A stretch of DNA of 32,000 bases from Candidatus Thorarchaeota archaeon (GTDB taxonomy: Archaea; Asgardarchaeota; Heimdallarchaeia; Hodarchaeales; Hodarchaeaceae). Shown piece after piece: positions 25,013-32,000 of the stretch (positions within the stretch are counted from its first letter, which is position 1; each line of letters begins with the position of its first letter). The DNA lies in the NCBI GenBank assembly GCA_048882505.1, contig JBHLRO010000023.1, positions 1 to 32,000 of the forward strand. The letters run 5' to 3'. Made by a program: the position numbers and the translations under genes. The notes under the pieces were generated by a model that was not told the origin of the DNA, did no database searches, and worked only from the letters and a program-made list of their open reading frames with translations.

Positions 25013-26065
25013 CTAATAACTTGAGGGAGTGGTTACAATACCAAAATCAGAAGGATATTTTAAGGTTAGATAGGTCTTTATTTCACTCTCGTCGATAAGT
25101 TCCATAACTTGAGAAGGAGAGGGGATTCTTACTCGAATCCAGTTCAGAAGGTCCTTCCCAATCTTAACACTCTTCCTGATGGAATCTGACTCATCGACAA
25201 TCAATATCACAGAAAAGTCTGATTCTTCTACTCTTACAAGTTTTAGATTATCAGATACTTCATTAGATCCTGCAATTTCGCTTTTTTTCATCAAAATTTC
25301 GCGTATTCCTGCTCCTAGTGACGCTTGCGCAAACATATTCACGGCCGAAAACATGCTTGTCAAGAGAGACGGGTCATAATCCGTTTTACCTTCAAGGGAG
25401 GCGCTACTGCCTACCATCAATCCTGAATCTGTCTGATAGACAACCACATTATGAATATTGACATTAGGAAGAATTATCTCTCCTGTTAACGTCTCGATTA
25501 GCCAATCGAAGGCCTGATATACATTCGAGCCCGTCTTGGCTGACATATGAAAAATGTTGACTGCTCTGAATCTTCCCTTGTTCTGAATCTCATATAAATC
25601 AAAATTATCAAGTAAAGTAACGTATGGATCGACCCCGCTTAGGTCGGCCTTGTTTGCAGCAATGAGTAACACTGCGTTTTCCTTAATATAATCAAGGGCA
25701 TCATACAAGGCTTCTTTGCTAGAATAGAAACTTGCCGGATTGGATGTATCAATAACAAAAACGACCGCATCAGATAGTCGTAAATAATTTTCCCAGATCA
25801 CACGAAAAGACTCTTGGCCTGCGAGATCGAATGCCTGAAAACGAACATCCCTATATGTGAAGCTGTCTACATTCAAGCCAAGGGTACGATGCTGGTTTGC
25901 GAAAAATTCGCCTGTCCGTAATCGATGTAGGATGGTGGTCTTCCCTGCAAACGCTTCGCCCACAAAAGTAATAGTAATCTGTTCTTCACGGGGAGTTTTT
26001 TCTTCTACTTCCGCCCCTTTCTTTTCTTTCTTATGCCTGCCTAGAAGTCTCTTTATGATAGACAT
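25013..26065 (-). CDS. Arf-like small GTPase fused to a C-terminal longin-like domain
   Basis: G1 GEAFAGKT, G2 RTLG, G3 DLAGQ, G4 NKAD, G5 SAK. The C-terminal ~150 aa read HNVVVYQTDSGLMVG...DPSLLTSMFSAVNMFAQ...IREI...LVRVE...VILIVD. Confidence 0.9.
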   Translation of the reverse strand: MSIIKRLLGRHKKEKKGAEVEEKTPREEQITITFVGEAFAGKTTILHRLRTGEFFANQHRTLGLNVDSFTYRDVRFQAFDLAGQESFRVIWENYLRLSDAVVFVIDTSNPASFYSSKEALYDALDYIKENAVLLIAANKADLSGVDPYVTLLDNFDLYEIQNKGRFRAVNIFHMSAKTGSNVYQAFDWLIETLTGEIILPNVNIHNVVVYQTDSGLMVGSSASLEGKTDYDPSLLTSMFSAVNMFAQASLGAGIREILMKKSEIAGSNEVSDNLKLVRVEESDFSVILIVDESDSIRKSVKIGKDLLNWIRVRIPSPSQVMELIDESEIKTYLTLKYPSDFGIVTTPSSY

Positions 26066-26548
26066 ACATGAGTCTCCTTACATTAATCTAACGAACTACG
26101 GATTTCCGGCAACATTCAGGAGCGGAGAGAATTATTTCTTGTTGTGAAAGCGGTCGCCCGTTACGATATTCCCAGTTTTATAATAAAAGGCTATCTCGAG
26201 AATCCGTCCCATAGTTCGAAAAACTGATGGGAATAATCATTCAAAGGCTGGACAGAACATTAATGAGGATGAGGAATTAGATTAGGCTACTTGAGAAGAG
26301 AAAAATAGGATAGATTAGTTTTTATAACGGCCCTATAGAACGGTCAATGGCTGTTTTATTATTTCAATTAATTAAGTTTAATCTTACTATACCTGTAAAT
26401 CTAGTAAGTGAGAAAAATATCTAGGGCAAAATAGAACTAGTAGTTCGACCAATGCCATTACTGGTCTGGATAAAGAATAACGAAGATAAATCCATAGGTT
26501 TTCTATGCGGAAAATCTTTCGATTGCTGACTCACAAAGATTCCTGGAG

Positions 26549-27760
26549 TTAATAGGTCATCCACCACCCGATATTCAAGATCAGTCCAAACAATCCTGCC
26601 AAGATCATTGATATCACCCAAACAATCGGCTTTAGCTCGTGTTTTGCGATTGTAAACGCCAGAATAGGATACGTTGGAAAGGAGAAGGTGAGAAACCTTG
26701 CTAGATTTCTACCTGATGCGACGATACCTACGCCAAGAAAACCACTGAAAAACAAAACGGCAAGGGATAGAAGGTTTTCCATTTCTGAAATCGAACTCAT
26801 TTTGAATCGCTGATAAAACAAAATTAAAGAGGCAATTCCCAATCCAAGCGAAACCAGAACAGTACCAAACAATAAAAATTCAAACCATACATTTGAAGTC
26901 AACAACCAAGACAAATAGTCTGGAAACCAGGCAAATGGAAATGTTATGACCCCATTGGATGCATAGGGTTCCCAACCCTGGTATACAGAAATTTCACGCG
27001 TAAGAGGTAACCAGAAATTCCCAGAATAAAGCCAGGCGGCTATATAGGAGATGAACCCTATAACAAACATTGCACTTGTCACTATTATTCCCCAAAAGAC
27101 TCCTCGCAGTGATAACAAGTCCTTCTTGACATAATATAGAATTAGGATCAAGGTACCTAATACGAAAAAGGCCCCGTTATAACGTAAGGCGAATGTCATC
27201 GAGGCGCTAATTCCGGCAAAACCGAATTTTCCCCGATCCAAGAAATGCCAGGTTAATGATTGATAGAACAAAAAAAGTATTTCGGGAGCAGGTATAAGCA
27301 AATATGGGCTATAAAGAACCAAATCCGTTATCAATATGAGGAGTATAGCTTGATCAAAATTAAGGTTCAACTTTTTTACATAGAGAGAGTATAAAAGGCA
27401 GAGACTAAAAAAAGAAGCGAAAAACTGTACGATCAAGACCGAAATAGTCAAGGCATCTGCTATGGGTAAAAAAATCGACAGTAGCGCTAGTCCAGGGATG
27501 TAATGAAGACTCGTACCTAGCAATACGTGTGGGAACCAGGGAGGGTAATTTAGCGTGTTTGAAATATACAATTTAGAATCATTGTGAGACCCTGGGGCCC
27601 AAAATGAGGAAAGTAAATCTGTTTTGAAGAAAACAAGCGCCAAAAGATAAAGAAAAAGAAAGAAGAATGCATGAGAAAAAAAAATCACCCAATATGGCTT
27701 GGCTTCTAGAAATTGGATCCTATCGCGAATTCTACCTGGTGTTTCGGTAAATTTTGACAC
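26549..27760 (-). CDS. Polytopic membrane GT-C-fold glycosyltransferase (PIG-V/PMT-like mannosyltransferase)
   Basis: About 10 TM helices, first-loop NDSKLY (DxxxY), PAPEILF and LRYNG motifs. Confidence 0.65.
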   Translation of the reverse strand: MSKFTETPGRIRDRIQFLEAKPYWVIFFSHAFFFLFLYLLALVFFKTDLLSSFWAPGSHNDSKLYISNTLNYPPWFPHVLLGTSLHYIPGLALLSIFLPIADALTISVLIVQFFASFFSLCLLYSLYVKKLNLNFDQAILLILITDLVLYSPYLLIPAPEILFLFYQSLTWHFLDRGKFGFAGISASMTFALRYNGAFFVLGTLILILYYVKKDLLSLRGVFWGIIVTSAMFVIGFISYIAAWLYSGNFWLPLTREISVYQGWEPYASNGVITFPFAWFPDYLSWLLTSNVWFEFLLFGTVLVSLGLGIASLILFYQRFKMSSISEMENLLSLAVLFFSGFLGVGIVASGRNLARFLTFSFPTYPILAFTIAKHELKPIVWVISMILAGLFGLILNIGWWMTY

Positions 27761-27788
27761 TTTAAATCCCCCAATCAGCGTTTAATTC

Positions 27789-28850
27789 CTAGTGACTATC
27801 CAAGAAGTACGGAAGGTTTCGTGATCTCTGCTGTTCTTGCAAAGACAGTGTTTTTTTGTAATATTCTATCAAAGGAAGGTTAAGGCGTAAATCTCGAACG
27901 ACAGATTCCAATACTTCCATGTTTTGCTTTTCCCTTTTTGAGAACTTAAAACCGCTTTTCTTATACAACTCCTCGGGAGGGGTCATATCAGTTAATTCCG
28001 CCAAAATTTTAACCGCTAATTCTAAGTGTGGTAACATAATGACTCGCGAAGGAACATACTTAGAACTAAGGATCTTTTCTGCCATCAGATTCTTCCGAGG
28101 AAACCTCTCATAACCATATCCTATTTTTCCCAAAATCCTTGCCGCAGCCAAGGTTGTTCCTGATCCCAAAAAGGGATCCAGAACTGTCACCCCTCCTGAA
28201 AGCATCATACACTTTATTGGAACTTCCAAAGGGAAGGGAGCATCATGTCCTTTCTTTATAGTTGCTCCCGTGGTTCGAGAATACGGGATAAACCATACGT
28301 TGCCAGCATCACGAAGATCCTCGTCACCATAACGTCCAATATTCGATTTGTCGGCATATGGAATGCCAATTACTTTGGGATTTAACGTGTACTTCTTCCT
28401 ATCTTTCACTAGGACGTAGATGTTCTCAAAAACGTTATTTAACCTTTTATTACCTCCTGAAGGAGTATAGTGCCCTTTCCCGAAAATAGATTTTATCCAA
28501 ATAATGGTTTGAATCCGAATAAATCCAGATTTAACTGCGAGCTCTACAACTCTTTCGCTAAGGCCTTGCGTTGAAGCTGAGTCCCCGATATTCAGGAAAA
28601 ATACTCCAGATGATGAACAGACTCTGAAACATTCATTCCACACATTGGTTAAAAACCCGAAATACTCATCCATAGGTCGATCATCATTGTAAGCGTGTCC
28701 CTTGTCATCTGAATAGATTTTAGAAAGATTGTAAGGAGGAGAGGTTATGATCGTGGAAATTGAGTCCGATTTGATCTCGTTCATATTCTCTGAACTTTTG
28801 TAGTATACTGTTTGGCTATCAAACTTGTCAAACTCGGTCATCCAGACCAC
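27789..28850 (-). CDS. Site-specific DNA methyltransferase (N4-C/N6-A, beta class)
   Basis: Motif IV TSPPYN precedes motif I VLDPFLGSGTT; HDAPFP is also present. Confidence 0.93.
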   Translation of the reverse strand: MVWMTEFDKFDSQTVYYKSSENMNEIKSDSISTIITSPPYNLSKIYSDDKGHAYNDDRPMDEYFGFLTNVWNECFRVCSSSGVFFLNIGDSASTQGLSERVVELAVKSGFIRIQTIIWIKSIFGKGHYTPSGGNKRLNNVFENIYVLVKDRKKYTLNPKVIGIPYADKSNIGRYGDEDLRDAGNVWFIPYSRTTGATIKKGHDAPFPLEVPIKCMMLSGGVTVLDPFLGSGTTLAAARILGKIGYGYERFPRKNLMAEKILSSKYVPSRVIMLPHLELAVKILAELTDMTPPEELYKKSGFKFSKREKQNMEVLESVVRDLRLNLPLIEYYKKTLSLQEQQRSRNLPYFLDSH

Positions 28851-28976
28851 TGACTCTCAGATCATCGTTTGTGGTTTTATAGTTTTCTCATTCCTAAATT
28901 AAGGACTCGTCTCTGATCCTAGAAGTAACGTCCCCCTCCCCTCGCTTTATCCCTTGATTTACTTCATGATGGCATC

Positions 28977-29408
28977 CTAAAACTTGTCTCTAATCATGAT
29001 GAAATAGATGATAAGGAGAAATGTTACTATTGGACCAACAAGGAAATCCCAGGCACCCACCTGAGCAGCGGTTAGGAGGAAATTAATGTCTAGAAGGTAA
29101 CTGATACCATTCAGTACATAAAGCACCAAATCGACCGCCCAGGCCCATTGTTTCATCATCCAAAGTCCCCTACCTATTAGAAATATCAGTAAACCAACAA
29201 TGATAAAAACGATTCCAACGAATTGTATAATGGCCCCGATAACAGTGAAGAAAGGTTCCCAGGCCGGAGGAAGATTGTCGAGGATTGCTTGGCCTACTGT
29301 AAAGATAAGGATGGTATATAGAACTCCAGCCAAAATTGCTAATGCACCAAACAGCATTTGGAGTACACTGATGATCGAAACTAGTAGTGGACGATCTTTC
29401 TTGGCCAT
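28977..29408 (-). CDS. Small integral membrane protein (~4 TM helices)
   Basis: RPLLVSIISVLQ...GRGLWMMKQWAW pattern; strongly hydrophobic. Confidence 0.75.
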   Translation of the reverse strand: MAKKDRPLLVSIISVLQMLFGALAILAGVLYTILIFTVGQAILDNLPPAWEPFFTVIGAIIQFVGIVFIIVGLLIFLIGRGLWMMKQWAWAVDLVLYVLNGISYLLDINFLLTAAQVGAWDFLVGPIVTFLLIIYFIMIRDKF

Positions 29409-29569
29409 CTTTATAGGACCTCACATGATAACGGTTCAAAAGAACGCGAAAAATAACCAACTTCCTTTTACACTTAAGATTTTTCTTCCGTTTGTGTTAT
29501 TACCTCCCACGTGGTTTTTTACCCTTTCTCGGAAAAAACCTTACTCCTGACCAAAATGATGGTGGAAGA

Positions 29570-30895
29570 ATGGCAAACCTAATCGGTATCAGACGAGAAG
29601 ATAAAAACAAGTGGGAAAGAAGAACACCCATTGTCCCAAATGACGTGAAAACACTAATAGAAGAGCAAGATTTGGATTTCGTAATCCAGTCATCCACAAT
29701 AAGGGCATACACTGATGATGATTATAGAAGAACAGGCGGCCGAATTTCATCCTCTATGGATGATGCAAATGTCATCTTTGCGATCAAGGAAATCCCAATC
29801 CCTCTTTTGGAACCTGAGAAAACCTATATCTTCTTTTCACACACGATTAAGGGCCAAAAAGGCAACATGCCTATGTTACGGCACATTCTCGACACGAAGG
29901 CCACTTTGATTGACTATGAGAAGATTGTAGATGAAAGAGGGTTTCGTCTTATTTATTTTGGAAATTATGCAGGGTACGCAGGGATGATCGAAACATTATG
30001 GGGATTTGGACAACGTATCAAGGTAAAAAAGGGGCTCGAAACTCCTTTTCTGAAGTTACGCCATACCTACGAGTATGGGGGTCTTGAAATCGCAAAGGAA
30101 GCGGTTTCTAGGCTTGCTAACCAGATTAAGGAAGAAGGGATAGATGCCGACCTAATTCCTTTGGTCATTGGATTTGCAGGATATGGAAATGTGTCCCAAG
30201 GCGCACAAGCTATTTTGGATCTCTTTCCCGTTATTGAAATCCAACCTATCGAACTGCAGGATTTCTTCTTAAAGGGTGAGTTCTCATCAAATCACTTGTA
30301 CAAGGTTGTTTTCAAGGAAGAACACATGGTTACACCTAGGGGCGATTTTCCCTTTAATCTCCAGGATTATTATACCTACGGACGGGAGAAATATCAAGGA
30401 ATGTTTCACGAATATTTCCCCTATCTATCAATTCTGATTAATGGCATTTATTGGTCCGATAAATACCCCAGATTATTAACAAGAAACTTTCTAAAGGATC
30501 TGTTTTCCTCCAAGCGGGATATAAGATTACAAGTAATCGGTGATATTTCTTGTGACATCGAGGGAGGGATAGAGGCAACCGTAACAACAACAAAGCCAGA
30601 TAATCCGTTTTTTGTGTACAATCCAATTACCGGTGAAGCCAAATTGGGTTTGGAGGGAGACGGGATACCCATCATGGCAGTCGATAATCTTCCATGTGAG
30701 CTCCCTCATGAATCTTCCACCAATTTTTCCAAAACTCTAAAACCATTTATCCCCATTATCTCTTCTGCGGATTACACCAAACCATTTGATGCCTTGGATT
30801 TACCCCCAGTAATCAAGGATGCGATTATTGTTCACCAGGGTCGTTTAACTCCAAGGTATGCCTATTTGGAAGAAAACCTCTCTCAAATAAAGTAA
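29570..30895 (+). CDS. Lysine-ketoglutarate reductase (LKR domain of AASS; saccharopine dehydrogenase, L-lysine-forming fold)
   Basis: IGIRREDKNKWERRTPIVP, FFSHTIKGQ, LIDYEKIVD, GNVSQGA, DISCD and AVDNLPCELP. The likely start is ATG 29570; the ORF track uses GTG 29492. Confidence 0.9.
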   Translation: MANLIGIRREDKNKWERRTPIVPNDVKTLIEEQDLDFVIQSSTIRAYTDDDYRRTGGRISSSMDDANVIFAIKEIPIPLLEPEKTYIFFSHTIKGQKGNMPMLRHILDTKATLIDYEKIVDERGFRLIYFGNYAGYAGMIETLWGFGQRIKVKKGLETPFLKLRHTYEYGGLEIAKEAVSRLANQIKEEGIDADLIPLVIGFAGYGNVSQGAQAILDLFPVIEIQPIELQDFFLKGEFSSNHLYKVVFKEEHMVTPRGDFPFNLQDYYTYGREKYQGMFHEYFPYLSILINGIYWSDKYPRLLTRNFLKDLFSSKRDIRLQVIGDISCDIEGGIEATVTTTKPDNPFFVYNPITGEAKLGLEGDGIPIMAVDNLPCELPHESSTNFSKTLKPFIPIISSADYTKPFDALDLPPVIKDAIIVHQGRLTPRYAYLEENLSQIK

Positions 30896-31027
30896 GGTTA
30901 CTATAATAGTTATGATGTAGTGAAAAAAACTTCTTTTACTTGTTGGAAAGTTCGATTTTCGTAAATAGCAGTAAATTGACTATACGAGATTTGGTATTTG
31001 TTTCAGATGTGTTTTAATATAAGATAT

Positions 31028-31033
31028 AGGTGA
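31028..31033 (+). promoter_or_regulatory. Shine-Dalgarno-like site
   Basis: AGGTGA ends 5 nt before ATG 31039. Confidence 0.55.
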
Positions 31034-31038
31034 AGAAG

Positions 31039-32000
31039 ATGAAACATGTATTAGTTTTAGGAGCAGGAATGGTAGCTGGCCCACATATTCGCTACCTTTT
31101 AGACCATGGATTACACGTTACAGTTGCGAGTCGAACATTGACAAAAGCGGAAGCTCTGGTAGGTGATCATCCCAATGGGGTTGCTAAAAAGTTTGATATC
31201 ACGAAGGATGCTGATAAATTAGACCCCCTAGTTCAGGAATGCGATCTCGCTGTATCTCTTTTGCCTTATATTTATCATGTACAGGTAGCAAAAGTTTGTC
31301 TCAAATATAAGAAACACATGGTAACCACCTCATATGTATCGCCCGAGATGAAAGCATTAGATTCTGAAGCCCGTGCGGCAGGGGTGATATTATTGAATGA
31401 GATCGGAGTCGATCCAGGTATCGATCATATGAGTGCTCAACAAATTATTGACCGGGTTCACGATCAAGGGGGGAAAATCCTCTCATTCAAATCCTATTGT
31501 GGCGGTCTGCCCGCTCCCGAGGCCAATACGAATCCGTGGGGTTATAAATTGAGCTGGAGTCCTCGCGGGGTTATCCTCGCAGGTAGAAATGCCGCAAAGT
31601 ACAAAGAGGACAGCAACATTGTTGATATTCCTGGAGAGGATCTCTTTGACCAGAATTTTCCCTATCCTGTTGATGGAGTTGAAGGGGAGTATGAAGCATA
31701 TCCTAATAGAGATTCTACACCATATCTAAACATCTATCAGATTCCAGAGGCCGAAACGATTTTTCGAGGTACAATTCGAAACGCGGGTTGGTCGAGAGCC
31801 CTTAAGAAGGTGGCTGAAATCGGGTACATGGATATAGAGGAACGAGAATATCCCCCTGGATTCACTTATGCTGATTTGACTGCACGCCTGCTAGGTAGTC
31901 AGGATCTTTCACAGGTAAAGTCAGATTTTATTCAATATTTCGATCTAGATGAAGAAGATGATATAGTAAAACGATTTGAATGGATGGGTCTGTTCAATGG
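31039..32000 (+). CDS. Saccharopine dehydrogenase (glutamate-forming; SDH domain of AASS/Lys9-like), truncated by the right edge
   Basis: Manual translation gives MKHVLVLGAGMVAGP...VSLLPYIYH...TTSYVSPEM...LNEIGVDPGIDHMSA...SYCGGLPAPEANTNPWGYKLSWSPRG. The frame is open to the window end. Confidence 0.95.
   Translation, partial: MKHVLVLGAGMVAGPHIRYLLDHGLHVTVASRTLTKAEALVGDHPNGVAKKFDITKDADKLDPLVQECDLAVSLLPYIYHVQVAKVCLKYKKHMVTTSYVSPEMKALDSEARAAGVILLNEIGVDPGIDHMSAQQIIDRVHDQGGKILSFKSYCGGLPAPEANTNPWGYKLSWSPRGVILAGRNAAKYKEDSNIVDIPGEDLFDQNFPYPVDGVEGEYEAYPNRDSTPYLNIYQIPEAETIFRGTIRNAGWSRALKKVAEIGYMDIEEREYPPGFTYADLTARLLGSQDLSQVKSDFIQYFDLDEEDDIVKRFEWMGLFN

Noticed and set aside
26207-26232. Hairpin TCCCATAGTT-CGAAA-AACTGATGGGA in the 480-bp intergenic gap
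   Set aside because: A single short stem with a bulge. There is no cloverleaf or other ncRNA context, so it is compatible with chance.
26421-26621. 66-aa minus-strand ORF overlapping the GT-C 3' end
   Set aside because: It overlaps the upstream gene by 73 nt in another frame and has no motif.
26549-28850. Restriction-modification system made of the methyltransferase and its neighbour
   Set aside because: The neighbour is a polytopic membrane protein with no nuclease motif.
29570-30895. Alanine dehydrogenase or transhydrogenase alpha subunit
   Set aside because: Same fold, but the LKR-specific motifs and the adjacent saccharopine dehydrogenase favour lysine-ketoglutarate reductase.
1-32000. 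tRNA, rRNA or CRISPR arrays
   Set aside because: No T-loop/cloverleaf, rRNA-like tract or regularly spaced repeat array was seen by eye. tRNAscan-SE and Infernal were not run.

Overview
A gene-dense archaeal window, most likely from an Asgard archaeon (Heimdallarchaeia-like). This is inferred from an Arf-like GTPase fused to a longin-like domain, a stand-alone longin-like protein and a surface protein carrying an Asgard-type Ig-like module. About 27 CDS can be supported. Two of them run off the window edges and are absent from the ORF track: an MBL-fold hydrolase at <1-285 (-) and a saccharopine dehydrogenase at 31039->32000 (+). Contents: an LbpA/GcvH-like lipoyl carrier with a divergent lipoate:protein ligase; an LVIVD surface protein; lipid, aldehyde and alcohol enzymes (a doubly frameshifted enoyl-CoA hydratase, acyl-CoA ligase, tungsten-type AOR, SCP2, two Fe-ADHs, AKR); a class III PLP enzyme-FGGY kinase operon beside an LsrG-like gene; a MinD/ParA-like protein with a degenerate P-loop; a membrane VWA protein; a GT-C glycosyltransferase; an orphan DNA methyltransferase; and split LKR + SDH genes. 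The most unexpected signal is a 31-bp imperfect direct repeat (2101-2131 and 5213-5243). It duplicates the last codons and stop of the ligase gene with almost only synonymous changes and brackets a ~3.1 kb block holding the surface-protein gene. I saw no rRNA, tRNA, CRISPR array, integrase or transposase. All family calls are from motif recognition, not database searches.
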